This document shows positions 38,801-50,990 of a DNA stretch of 64,000 nt, one piece after another. Made by a program: the position numbers and the translations under genes. The notes beneath the pieces were generated by a model. It did no database searches. It was not told the origin of the DNA and saw nothing but the letters and a program-made list of their open reading frames with translations. Source of the stretch: Botryllus schlosseri. Taxonomy: Eukaryota. The stretch lies in NCBI GenBank assembly GCA_051294905.1, contig CM119371.1, forward strand, positions 22,880,001 through 22,944,000, in the 5' to 3' direction. Within the stretch, counting starts at the first letter, position 1. The number at the start of each line of letters is the position of its first letter.

Positions 38801-41800
38801 GGTTTAATCGTCCATATAGGATCCTAAATGACTGGCGCCAAATGTACCTCTCTTGGCAATCTGAACCTCACAAGACAAATACCTTCCCGCAGGAAAAAAA
38901 TTATATGCCAGTGAAGAAATACCAATCCGAAATCGTGTGATCTTTCAGTTTAGTACGATTGGCCGATTCTATATTTTTTTATACAACAGACAGGAGGTCA
39001 CGAAATAACATCATGTAACGAAGTCATACCAACGGGTCCGCCCGCCCGAAGATGTCCAATTATTATTTACGGGCTCTGCAGTTTCAAAGACACCTCACTC
39101 AGCTCTACCGGCAAATCTGATTATACGTGAGCAGAGAGGACAAGGAATTGATAGCAAAAATATGCATTTCCCGATCTTATTGACTGATATTATCATGAAT
39201 AATCGAAAGTTTTCACGCTTCGCGCTGGCTCACTAAACAGTAAAACTATAATTTCGTGGCAAAAGCGAACAATGTAATGGGGGGGGGGCAGTATATCACC
39301 CTATGGGAGCCCAAGACTCAAGTTTTTTGGGGTGGGAGTTGGGGGCAACGAAGTGCTGTTTCGTTCCTGCCAACGGGTATATACACCGGGAGATGTTAAA
39401 TTATTATGGAGGGGTCCTACCTTTTCAAATACACCTCCCTCAGCTCTACCGGTAAATCAGATTACGTGAGCAGAGAGAGGATAAAAATTGATAGCGCGTT
39501 CAGGTGAGAAAAGGTTACTCAGTAAACGTACACCCAATGAAGCGGATAAGTTGCGGGAAACAGCGTACAGCCTGAGGTGGGGCCTGGGGGGCGAAGCCTC
39601 CCAGAAGTCCGGCTTATCACCTTATGGGGGCCTGGTTGCACACTGTTGTCAAAGGGCCTGCGCAGTGAGTTGACATGTTTGCGCAGACTCGCGAAAAATT
39701 AGAGGGAACATTGGCGGCCACGGGTCTGACCGCTATGAAAATATACTGACAAATCGCCGTAGTATTGCGTAATTAAGTGGAAAATAAAGAAATTGTCAAA
39801 GAACCAAATCTTATACCAAAAGTGTGATTTATGGCTCGGAAGCCATATAGTTTCCTGACCCCTCTACTATAGAATAGAGAGCATGTAGTATATACAAGTT
39901 GCTGGCAATTACCCCTGACGAGTGTCACCCGAGAATACTTTGGTTTATTCCAATATGACTATTGACTATACTACTCAGTTGTATTTTGGAGTTTGGTACC
40001 TCAACGGGTCTCTTCGAATAGTTAGAATAGTGGACACGAACCGTACAATACCGCTACAACCAACACCCATCTCAAATCCTCACCTCTTAGATTAAGTGTG
40101 ATCAGTCCCTTGAGCAAGCGACAGGAATGTCTCGTCAATTTCTTCACCGTATTTTTGCTCATGCTCAAACTACGTAGACGTCGGAGATCGCGAAACCAGT
40201 TACTTGATAGAGCAGGTATTTCGTTGTCATCCATATTGAGTGTTTCAAGATCTCGCAAACCTGCGATCAAGATGTAAGTATCTACTTGAAGGTGATCGGA
40301 GCTATTTTTGTTAATAAATGTGCCGTTTGGTAATATAATTCGACTCAATACTCAATTCCAGCGATATACGACTTGACCCCTGCCTATTGGTCAGTAAGCG
40401 TGGTAAAGCTATACATATATTCACCATAAAATGCATCCTTCTTTATAACGCGAATAGTATTAACGCTCAGATCGATCTGCCGAAGTCTGGGATTGCCCCT
40501 GAATACCGTCTTTGGAATTCGTTCGAGTCGATTATCGTCGAGTTTTAGCAAAGTGATATTCGAAAATTGAGCAAGTTTTCCTGCGAAAGAAAAAAATGTA
40601 AATTAGCTGGAGACGCATATCTACGAATTAAGTTGTCGGATGTACTGCATCATATTCTGGGGACGAAACAAAGCAAATGAAAAAAGAGGATGTGAAAGTG
40701 CGATCATGTTGGTCAATAAGGCTGCAACCAATATAAGCCGATAGTTTGTCTGCTTTTGTGGGTTATTCAATAGCGCCATGGTGTTTCAATAGCGCCACGT
40801 TTACTTTTCTAGGGCGTTCTTGTTTGGCTATAATATATTACTAGTTGGAAAGTATATATATTATATCAAATGAATGCACAACAACCCCAGGCCACGTAAA
40901 TAAAAAAGAACGGTCATCAAACATCTTTGTAATGATCAACGTGTATAGACACGGAAAGAGTTCACTTGACAAACCATGCGATCATAAATCTACCAAAAAA
41001 TCATTTGCACCGCGCTGGAAATATTGAAAGAGGCAATTCGTAGTTGCTATATAACATGAATTCGGCATCGCACGACCTCACCGTATTGTATATCATTCAA
41101 GCAACTGTCATTCAAGTACAAGCGAGCAATGTCTTTTCGGTGGATTTCGCGGTTGAATTCAAATTCAATGTCATCCAGGCTTTCGTAATTCGACATGTCG
41201 CACCATAGTGTTCTCGGCTGCGGCTCGTACATACATCGTGGAAATGATTCATATCTGAAAAATACATGGGTCAATTAAAAACCTGTCACGTCTCATCATT
41301 ATTTCTACTCGGTTTGCCTGTATATCAATATCCTAAATAAAACTACCCGGACTGTCGATAACCAGCTGAACTGCGATTATGCAGCAGGAGACACCTTGTG
41401 ATACAGGCTATCAATTTAACAGTCATGATTATGAATCAATTGGTCTAGTTCGTCTGTATGTATGTATGTATTAATGGGCACAACACAGTTGAGCTTATCG
41501 CCTTTTTGGCCTTGTGCTCCACGACACGAATTTCATAATGTTCAGAGGTCTTTGCTTTTTTGTAATTTCGGGAACGTCCTTCAATCTCTCTCGCAGTCAT
41601 TCTTCATTCTCTCTCTCGCTCCCATGCGTCCCCATCGTGGTCATTGCTGCCGACTTGTAGCACGGCTCACTTTCATTCTGGGCTTTTCAATGCACTACCG
41701 TAGTAGTGAGGTCGGCAATGAGGAGCCCAGAGGAACCTCCGACACATAGAAGCTGGTCAGAACCGCGATTCGAACCAACGTCCATTGGTGTCGTGACTGC

Positions 41801-42001
41801 AGTGTTTAACCAACTGCGCCACTCGCTTCCCCCATGTAGTTCGTCTAGTATGCCATTACGCCCACGAAAACCATAATATGGAGTAATGTGACTATATAGA
41901 AATCTGCAAATAACAACTTACCTCGGGCAAGGCTTATATAATCTTCTACGAGTCACAACGACTCTAAAAGTCAAGAATAAAATAAGATATCGCCTCATCA
42001 T
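29817..42001 (-). CDS. Extracellular LRR protein (LRR gene A): LRRNT-like region, multiple LRRs, LRRCT, hydrophobic C-terminal tail; 7 exons, ~464 aa
   Basis: Exons 42001-41922 (MMRRYLILFLTF..KPCPR), 41254-41082, 40580-40425 (LLKLDDNRLERIP..LRQIDLSVNTI), 40260-40084 (LRDLETLNMDDNEI), 34831-34579 (LSRLQMLHLDGNQL), 30431-30287 (YLQHINLSNNSL..GNDWECRCD), 30227-29817 (KCANPSY..; tail IAEIFLLVLTALRFSDAMR*). All GT-AG with matching phases; total 1395 nt, open throughout. Confidence 0.8.
32026..34537. mobile_element. hAT MITE, outer layer of a 3-level nest in an intron of LRR gene A
   Basis: TIR TAGGTATGGTGTGAAC/GTTCACACCATCCCTA; perfect TSD CTACCAAG. Confidence 0.9.
32478..33986. mobile_element. 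Composite hAT MITE carrying a GACTCGAGTC-repeat element at ~32882-33416
   Basis: TIR CAGTGGTTCCCAAC/GTTGAGAACCACTG; perfect TSD GCGTACGG; closely similar inverted copy at 48441-49933. Confidence 0.9.
37342..38659. mobile_element. hAT MITE (level 4); same family as 61705-62857
   Basis: TIR CAGGGGTGGGCAAACT/AGTTCGCCCACCCCTG; perfect TSD GACTAAGA; the empty site is visible at ~25200-25240. Confidence 0.92.
37756..38244. mobile_element. hAT MITE (level 5)
   Basis: TIR CAGGTGTGGGCAACCT/AGGTTGGCCACCTCTG; perfect TSD GCGTAAAA. Confidence 0.88.
41456..41833 (-). mobile_element. tRNA-derived SINE in intron 1 of LRR gene A
   Basis: Same head as 18378-18788 (GGGGAAGCGAGTGGCGCAGT..GGTTCGAATC); (TACA)n tail; TSD TAGTTCGTCT at 41446-41455 and 41837-41846. 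Confidence 0.88.
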
Positions 42002-42279
42002 GACCCAATGTTCTCTGTCGTCAACGAGTCTAAATCCTGAATATGTCAGGGCTTGAAATTGTCAACATGCAGAGCGCAGTAAGAGGTGATGTGTTTGCTT
42101 GCGAAGAGACACCGTAAATATTTACTTGGCAGAGAACAAAGATATATTCTCACCAGATAAGAGTGTGTCCCTCAATTCAGGTCGTTCAGATAAAAACAAT
42201 CAAACAAAGCGATATTTTCCCATACCGTCGACTCTCACGATCCAGGTTATTTATTTGGTTTTGTTTGTTTGTTTTGGGG

Positions 42280-42540
42280 TATTCATGGTGTTTGTCGACT
42301 ACTATGGTCATTTACACCAGGCCGATATTCTTCTTATTTTCCGTAACTGCCGACTTATAGCACGGCCCACCTCTAGGCTTTTGTAAGACACCGCTGACGC
42401 GGATGAGGTGGCGAGGAGGAGCCTAGGTAAACCTCCAACACTTAGGCATCGGAATTCGGAAGTCGACCTCGGTCGGACTCGAACCCGCACCCATTGGTGT
42501 TGCAGCCGCGGATTATACCACTGCGCTATCTCGCCACACT
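42280..42540 (-). mobile_element. Second tRNA-derived SINE family, upstream of LRR gene A
   Basis: On the - strand: A box TAGCGCAGTGG, B box GGTTCGAGTCC; the 3' body matches the fragment at ~22850-22965. Confidence 0.7.
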
Positions 42541-42877
42541 ATTTATTTGGTCAATCCACAGCAGTCGTGATCACCATACTCTGTACAAAATCATTTTGAA
42601 AGCCCGTCCATTGATTAACACGTGCATTGTAAAAATGTGCATATTGTACAATGCACGTTGACAAAAATATGATTCTAAAAGAATGACCATCTGGGAACCA
42701 ATTACAATATGTGCTATGCGTGAGACTGTACTGGGCTATTCATTGGTAGGGTGAGATATATTTCCGAATGCTATAAAACATAAATATTGTCGTAATGCTA
42801 ATGACTATGTCATTATGTTTAGTTGTCACACGACACAAGATATGGTAAAAGTATGATTCAAACAAGTATGTTATAGG

Positions 42878-43265
42878 TGGAGTTGCGTTTAAAACAAAAA
42901 TCAAATAAAAACAGACATGTTTAAAACATGACCCTAATTTAAAACATGTTCTTTTTTCAAATCATGACGTCACGAATATTCCATTTTGACGTCATAATTG
43001 ATTGACATTAAAAATAAAAAATATAGGGTAAATATAACCCCTTTGAAGAAATATCTGTACTATAACTGTTGAACCAATTATTTTTAGGGTTTCACGTTTC
43101 AACCATCCCATACCGAAATACGTAATTGTGCGTAGGCTCATACAACATGTTTTCTGAGAAGAATTTACACAATTAAGGCATAATTTTACAACTTGAAAAA
43201 AACATTTTTTTAAACGGCCTTTGTTTAAAACACTGTTTAAAACCGTTTGTTTTAATACAACTCTA
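42878..43265. mobile_element. hAT-like MITE
   Basis: TIR TGGAGTTGCGTTTAAAACAAA/TTTGTTTTAATACAACTCTA; perfect TSD GTTATAGG. Confidence 0.85.
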
Positions 43266-44429
43266 GTTATAGGACAGTCGTTCTCAGTATTTTTGAGACA
43301 CTCTTCCCTTGATAATAGTAAAAAATGACCCGGCCTCCTTGATTGTCATATCAAAAAAATATTAAAAAGACCAACCGGAATGTTTACAATCCCAACGCAT
43401 AGATAGATGGCATGATTTAGGATTTGACTGCTGACAGAAATTCTCAAATATGAAATTCGAACTATTATACAGTATACACGCGATCAAATATTCACTTGAC
43501 TGTTTTGTCAAAAATAATCATGTGCAATGGCAGTTCGTAGCATATAAATGTTTTAGCGATTACGTTGTCTAATTCCTTAACACCCCATGAGATTAGCTTA
43601 TACGAGTCCCTTGCCATAGAACTTGACTCATTCTCATGGGAAAAACAATTTTTCTCTACGTTTGACGGGTCGCATGGGTTCGACAAGAGAATAATGCAAA
43701 TGTGTAGGCTTACTTATGGGCTGTCATAAAATGCTTTTCTAAGGGGTGACCATTAAATACACTCTGCACAGATGCTTGGTGCCATAACGGAACAAGCCAA
43801 TAGCTACTGGAATTCTCCAGTTAATCCCTATTCAGAGACCTCTTTTGATCGGTGCAAAGTAGTATCAGTCAAAACATAATATCGGTTTCCGGATGGTACG
43901 ACGCATTTATGACATTTAATATCGTAATATTTATAGGATATAATTGCCGCTGAAACTTGAGAGTTTCAGCAGAAATTTTACTCATACCGAGTTCAAGAAA
44001 CATAATTTCTCTCAGACGGCTTGCGCACGCTTCAGATGCTTTTCCGCCCAGCAGTTCAAGATCCACTGTCAAAAGGAATAAGACGTATATTTTGTTCTTG
44101 ATAGCTGGTTCGTGATACAGAACTTGAATATAGCTTTCAATACAACATCGAAAAGAATATTTATTGAACTCGAAGACTTTTCGGGTGCCTCTTTGCAAGA
44201 GTTAACGGCACACTAAAGGGATTTAAACAAATCTGAATGCAAAAACCAAAAAGGAAACGTATGACGCAACAATCAAAATCACAGACCATGAAATTCGCAT
44301 TGTACCAATGGCAACAGTAACAAACTAGAAGCATATGCACATACGGTACTATATTAGCAACGCAATTTGCAAATAAGCAGTTACACGCACGAAACAACAC
44401 GCACTAATGAGAAATTTGTCGGTTATAGA

Positions 44430-45190
44430 GGGAATCTGGCACTTTATCGTTATTCCCCACACATCGAAAAAATGATCCCCATGACACCAATAAATGCTTC
44501 TGATGAACAATAACAGAAAAATTTATAAACGTCAAAATGAATTGTGTTTCGCGTTGGGGTGGGGTAGACGGATATATCGGGGATGGGGGATGGGGATATT
44601 AGGGTGGGTTAGGGTTAGGATATCCCAAGATCAGGGTTGGGGATATTAGGGTCGGGGGATATTAGGGATGAGGAGGAGGATATTAGGGTAGGATCAGGAT
44701 ATCCTAAGATAAGGGTTGGGGATATTAGGGTGGGGTGGGTTAAGTTCAAGGATGGGGTTAGGATATTCTAAGATCAGGGTTGGGGGAGGGGTATAAGGGT
44801 CAAGTAAGGGGTTAGGATATCCTAAGATTAGGGTTAGGGGTGAAGATTACAATGTTCCCAACCCTAATCTTGTGATACCCTGACCCCAAATTTAACCCTA
44901 ATCTTGGGATATCCTACCTCAACCTTGACCCTAGCACCCGCGTCCCGCAACCCTAATCTTAGGATATCCTAACCAACCCTAATAACCCCTTCCCACGACC
45001 CTAATATCTCCCATCCCGACCCTAATATTCCCTTCCGCGACCCTAATATTCCGCTAGCCCTAATCCCAACGCGAAAAACAATTTTATTTTGACGTTTATA
45101 AATTTTCACATGTTCATGGGAATCATTTATTGGTTTCATGGTGATCACTTCTGGATGTGTGGGGAATAACGAAGAAGAACCGGAAATCTT
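44430..45190. repeat. Palindromic element: non-repetitive inverted arms around G-rich TTAGGG-like repeats that face C-rich CCCTAA-like repeats
   Basis: CGTTATTCCCCACACATC..AATTTATAAACGTCAAAAT on the left is mirrored by ATTTTGACGTTTATAAATT..GATGTGTGGGGAATAACG on the right. GGATATTAGGG-type units span ~44560-44840 and CCCTAATAT-type units ~44860-45065. Confidence 0.88.
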
Positions 45191-45595
45191 TTTGTCTGCA
45201 TAAAATAGGTTTGTTCAACTGAATAAAAGTAGACTCCAACACTTTTAAATGAAACACGGATCTGCCACGCGCAATGACAGTGAACATGTTGTCATTATAG
45301 TGCTGTGCACTGGCGAGGTTTTCACTCAGATGCTGACCAATTGACGAAGCACAGGCTTGGTAATCGTCATAGCAGTCTGTTTTAGCAGCCTATTCGCACT
45401 GACGTGCGAGCTCCGTGCGATCATTTGCGCAGGTTTTTGACCGAATCAATTTAGGGATATGCTGCAATACGCTCAAACAATATTTGAGATGTACGTCTTA
45501 CATACCTACATACGTATACAGATACACGCGACCTGTGCATATGCATTGTTCAACCTAATTCGCGGGCGCGCTTCGGTTACGTATATAGCATACAG

Positions 45596-46013
45596 TAGGG
45601 TTACCACACTTCCTTTTTTAAGAGGATTCTTCCTCTTTTTTACTTTTTTGAAAGTGTCTTCCGAGGACGCCCAAATGTCCTCTTTTTTGAGATTTTGTCC
45701 TCTTTTTTGAGGATTTTCGTCAAACATATGGCGAAATCGACTTATAGATACAGTAAATCAGCACCGAAGTAACGCTCGGGCGGGTATTTCGGGAGTCGGG
45801 CCGCAAATTTGACCTTTTGTTTAGTCAACCACCTGATAATGCGAAGGAAAAACTGTATTTGGGGTGCTGAGCGGGAAAGTTGACCTTTTTTTAGTGAACC
45901 GACCACGAAGTGGGATAAATTCACCATTTTTTCAGGAGTTTCCTCCGGTTTTGCAAGTTTGAAAATTTTGAAAAAGTGTACACTTTTCATATTTCCAAAG
46001 TATGGTAACCCTA
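45596..46013. mobile_element. hAT-like MITE
   Basis: TIR TAGGGTTACCA/TGGTAACCCTA; TSD GCATACAG/GCATACGG. Confidence 0.85.
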
Positions 46014-47410
46014 GCATACGGCATTCCAGTTGAGAGTAGTCATGGCCCATCTTGACGACAATTACTCATGTTAAATTGGCTACTGTGAACTTTGCACCCC
46101 AGAGATCCCTCGTGGTGTTCTATGCCATCACTCTTTCCCTGAGATATACCTTCTATATAAAAGTTATCAATTGTAGAAACAGAACACGCCCCCAGGCTTA
46201 TATGTATGCAGCGAGACCGCAAATCGTTTTCTTTTCGTGGGGAGCGTGAAAATATTCCAACCCAGTGAATGAATTTTGTCCATAATATTGGCAGTTTCAC
46301 GAAGTTACTGTCAAATATTTATTCATTATCAGTCCACGTGTTTCGATTAACTGGTAGAGATGGCGGAGACCTTGGGTACAAAATTAATGAATACGCATCT
46401 TCCGGTTTTTGTTATTCACCTTGTGGAATGTTGGTATTTCTTGACCTCCCATCTGGATGGGCGGTATGATGAAAATATGATGGAATCGTCCAAACGTATA
46501 TACAAAAAAAAACTAATTCCTGAGGCGGACCCAATTCGAACTTGATATTCCTTTATGGGATGCATCCTTTTCCACTGTGGTTCGCAGGAGTACGGTGAGG
46601 CTCATGTAGCAAGAACACTCTTGTATTCAATACGAAAAATCCAAGTCATACTGAATCGCGCTTAGCGTGAAGAAAATTGCCAAGTTGAAATAAAATCTCT
46701 TGAAGATTTGGGAGCCGATTTGTTAATTAAAATTACAAATTGAAGACCGTCAATACACGATAATTTAATTATGTTTCAAAAAAGTAAAAGTTTCGACCGC
46801 AAAAGTATTGTGTTGCGGCTCGATGAGAGCGTACGTCCGCAGGTTGGCCGCATCTGACATAATCGAAATACGGATGACCAAGGCTGCAACGCATATAGGA
46901 ATAGCTGAATACTTAACAGGGCCCAAGTTTGCTGGACCACCTCCTAATACAGTGGTTATTAAGCCCGACCACCAAGATCCACTCTACGCCCGTGGAACTA
47001 TACACTGTGCCATTTATAGGCATCTGGCAGGAAATAGTAGTTCAAATTATATGTGCTATCGCGGTGGTTTCCTTGGGAATCATTATAGATATGGACAGAT
47101 ATCGCAAGCTGAACACTTGCTAACTGCTAACTTGCTAACTGCATCCTATTCCACTCCAAAAGCAAGCAATATGTCCATTACCAACGATTAACTGACGAGG
47201 AGAAACATTTCTATATAAAATCACGAAAGGAATGATATGAGAAATGTAAGATATTGCTCACCTGGTCAACCTGATCTGAAGCATGACCTTGTCAATTTAT
47301 TGTGATAGCTACATTAGCTAGTCATTGTTTCATTGTAATGTGGATATAGTACACCCCAGTACACACTATCCAAGTGGTACACCACTTACAAATTATGGGT
47401 CACCCTAGGG

Positions 47411-50145
47411 CAGAGGTCTCAAACACGCGGCCCGCGGGCCGCATGCGGCCCCCGAGAGCATTTTGTGCGGCCCGCGAAGACATTTGGGAATTTCAAGTAT
47501 TCGACAATATATTCAAGTGTCATATATCTTTTTAGATTGAAGAACTTGCAATTCACTCTAAAACCACTACAAAAGCCTGAAATTTAAACAAACTTCACCA
47601 TCACATCACCCCTAAAATCTACCACGCGGTCGAAGATCGGTATTATGTTCCATCTCCATTTCATGATGATAAAACATGACCCGTTGATGATTCGTGAGTG
47701 AAAATCTTGATTTTGTTTTATGCGACCTTTCTTCAAATTACTCGATTTTGGATTATCTGGGTAAACTGAAAATGACTCGAGTTGAGTCGAGTTGATCATA
47801 CGGACGCAACAATCTATGAAACTGTCATGGGGAATAGCAATATATCAAAGGCCTGTAGCTTGCGTTGCCTAGGGTATATAGTTATCTGGTCTACATGGAA
47901 CTCATTGGCATTCTGTAGCCGCCGTGACGTGTATTTGGTTACGTCCTGGGTGTTGTTTGTTCTCTTTATCCATGTTATTATCGGTGGCGAGTAAAGTAGT
48001 GGTACGCTCCACAGCTGTATAGCACCAATGGATTCTTCGGCGATTGGTCATTTCTACTCCAGGGGTTCTTAACCAGGGGTCAGTTGTATAGCGTTCGTGG
48101 TACGAAACACCGCATCAGGGGGTGCGAGATGCATTGTTGAAATAGGCATATATGCTGTGGAATATTTTCGGGGCGAATTTATGGAATTGGGAAATATTCG
48201 TCGTGCTACGCGCGATTTTACGTGAATAGGCTTTCCGATTTCTATATAGGTACCATCAGCGGTTTCCTATAAAAAGCCTTGAAGTGGGCCGTGCTACAAG
48301 TGCGTAAATACGGAATTTTCGGCCTGATGTAAGATGACCAATGTAGTCGAAACACGATCATTATCAAAAACAAACAAACATCAGAAATTGTGATGAAAAT
48401 GGACAGGCGGCGCGGGAGATCTTATCGAAAGCATAAGGCCCAGTGGTTCCCAACCGGGGAGGAATTCCCCCCTTGGGGGGAATTTTGCAATTTTTAGGGA
48501 GGAATTCCACTTTAGAATTGTAACGGGATTTTCCAAATTGTTCATGTCAGTACTGTCATGTATTCAACCAGTTATATCCGAACGTATGCTCCTCATGGCT
48601 GTTTTTTGCTTGCTGAAAGTATGTTCAAATGCTATTTGAAATCTCTTTTTAACATACAAATTCCCCCCTTTTTCAAACTAGTTCAGATGTGCTGCAGTTC
48701 GCAAGGCAATTTTGTAGGCCAGCGACGGCCTCTCAATCAACTATATCCTAAGCGAGCAAATGTTGAGCCGAATCTATCATAGCAAGGCCTCTAGTGAAAG
48801 TATTTACCTTATATTTTCAAGTCAACATTTTCAGACACTGACAAAATATTCCAACGTCATCGATTCAAGTCAAAGAACAGCTACCCGATCAAAAAAAAAG
48901 ACATATTAAACTTGGTGCAATGTTGCCGAAACGTAATGGGTGTCCTAAATTTCAATGAGCTCCAGCAGGGAATCTGATCACGTGTATGTTATATATCAGG
49001 GCTGTAACTAAATCACGAGGCTCCGAGTCACAAGTCAATCTCACTTTCATAGTTTGGACTCGAGTCAAGTCGTGTCATTTTCAATTCATCATTGAGTCAA
49101 GTCTGAGTCCAAGTCACAGAGCAGAGGGTCGAGTCCGAGTCATGGTATTATGACTCGAGTCCGAGTCCAAGTCACACCCCAGACAACACTGTTTGGTGAT
49201 ATTGAATGATTTGGATTTATGATATACTAATTTTCCTCACTTTGAGCAGTTTCTTGTCGCATTGTCAAGTACCAGGATCAATAGACGAAATTCCAATAGG
49301 GTGGTCGCTGTACTGTTCTTCTAAATTACAATGAAATGTCGGTCTTGGCCGTCTTATATCCTCGAGTCCTATCGCTTGTTTCGAGGAATGCTCGATGACT
49401 CGAGTCCAAGTCGACTCAATACCCAAGTCAAGTCGAGTCGCATCCGTATTTTGAGAAAATAACTTGAGTCAAGTCGAGTCGTCAGAAAATGCAGACTCGA
49501 GTCAGACTCGAGTCTGGTCAACCCTCCTATATACGAAAGTACCAATATTATTGGTCAAATGCATACGCAAACTTGAAAAAAATCGCGAGACCACCAAATC
49601 TATGCATACTGATTTTTCACAACAGATATATTAGCGATTGGTGCATATGGTAAGCCGAAAACACAAATGGAAGTGTGGGGGTCTGTTGAGTCGAGCGTTC
49701 CAAAATTTGTTTGATTGCGAGCAAGACCATTGTTGTTAGAGATTTACAAAGTGTTATTACAACACTGCTAGAAACAAACACTAGGTACCGCCCGTCTTAT
49801 TCTCTCAGTCAACAGGTGTTTGCGCGGTAAAAATGACCTTTTTTAATCGTCGGGCAGATTTATCCTAAGGGGGGAATTTTGGCTTAAATTTCGGCCAAGG
49901 GAGGCACGAGATGAAAAAGGTTGGGAACCACTGGATAAGCGGTACGATCGCTAAAAGGTTAAGAAACAATGCTGTTACTATGGCACAATAATTATTATAT
50001 TTAAGTTGTTATTGATCTGTTCCAATGTTAATCGGAGATTACTGGGATATTATACATTGAATTCATATATTATTGATGCTGCGGCCCGGGACGTCATCAA
50101 AATTAGGAAATTGGCCCGCGAACACATTTGAGTTTGAGACCTTTG
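47411..50145. mobile_element. hAT MITE with nested inserts, itself inserted in a decayed copy of the 52427-54183 family
   Basis: TIR CAGAGGTCTCAAAC/GTTTGAGACCTTTG; TSD CCCTAGGG/GCCTAGGG; contains 48060-49971 (CAGGGGTTCTTAACC/GGTTAAGAAACAATG), 48441-49933 and 48997-49526. Confidence 0.85.
48441..49933. mobile_element. Inverted copy of the composite MITE at 32478-33986
   Basis: TIR CAGTGGTTCCCAACC/GGTTGGGAACCACTG; reverse-complement colinear over its full length, including the internal GACTCGAGTC element; TSD imperfect. Confidence 0.88.
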
Positions 50146-50990
50146 GCCTAGGGGTACGATATACACGCTACACGATACACCCGGTTGGCTTTAGCATATA
50201 CAGCAGAAGCACATCCCATATTTTTATATTATAATTAATAATTATGAATAATACCTCAATCACAATAAGGCTTATCTATAAGATTATGTTGGATCCTGGG
50301 CGTATGAATTTTAACGAAATTATAACAGGCATCAGTCTGTTATTGCGATGAACGAGCCATTGATATCGCTCTATGGCATCACGGTCAGAGTCGACTAATA
50401 CACAATATATGCTACCCTGCATTTATGTGGATTTAGGCATGTCTCCGTGTCCGTCCTGCGCACCTCCATATTTTATAGATTCGTGTTCAAATGAACCTGT
50501 AGATTGCACAGTGCACACGGTGAATATTTTTGTGCAATACCCAGATGTATACAGCGTTGATCGAAATTCTCTGAAATGTATAATGCTATCACTCCCAAGA
50601 CAGTTACTGAAAACACTAGAACTGAAATAAATCTAACATAGAAGTTAAAAATATCATTAATTGGTGATAATTTTTCTTAACATGTCGCATTATTATGGCT
50701 GTGGGTAATACAACGACATGATCTATCCCCGCTAAGTTCTTGTTTCAAACATTAGCCCAGCTGTTATTTCGGCGATGTGGAGGTTAGTCAATTGCCAATG
50801 AAACTACAAATTATATTTGGGTCCTGCGGTGCCAAATTGTTCCTGGGTGTGAATAAGTGGTGTATTATGCGGGCAGAGCACTAACCCAGGATATTGATGA
50901 AATGTAATCAGCAAGATGTCATAATATAATGATAAGACATTTCGTTCCTATCACATCGTCAAAAGAGACATCTTTCTAATGGCACTGGGG

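Larger units (their letters stand above)
37073..39495. mobile_element. Truncated inverted copy of the 24120-25475 element (level 3 of the nest)
   Basis: Starts CAGGGCCGTAACTGCCGCACCCC; reverse-complement colinear with 25475 to ~24365 once 37342-38667 is removed; right boundary approximate. Confidence 0.8.
36276..39713. mobile_element. hAT-like element with CAATGTTCCCTCT TIRs and a duplicated right end
   Basis: Left TIR at 36276; right TIRs end at 36455 and 39713; TSD GCTGCCAC/GCGGCCAC matches the distal end. Confidence 0.8.
35262..39864. mobile_element. hAT MITE, outer layer of a 5-level nest
   Basis: Ends CAGGGATCGGGAAC ... TTCCTGACCCCTC; TSD TACCATAG/TACTATAG; homologous to the uninterrupted copy at 16456-17345. 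Confidence 0.75.

Noticed and set aside
43492..44198. Possible additional - strand gene
   Set aside because: Some splice-like signals but no recognisable protein and no consistent open exon chain.
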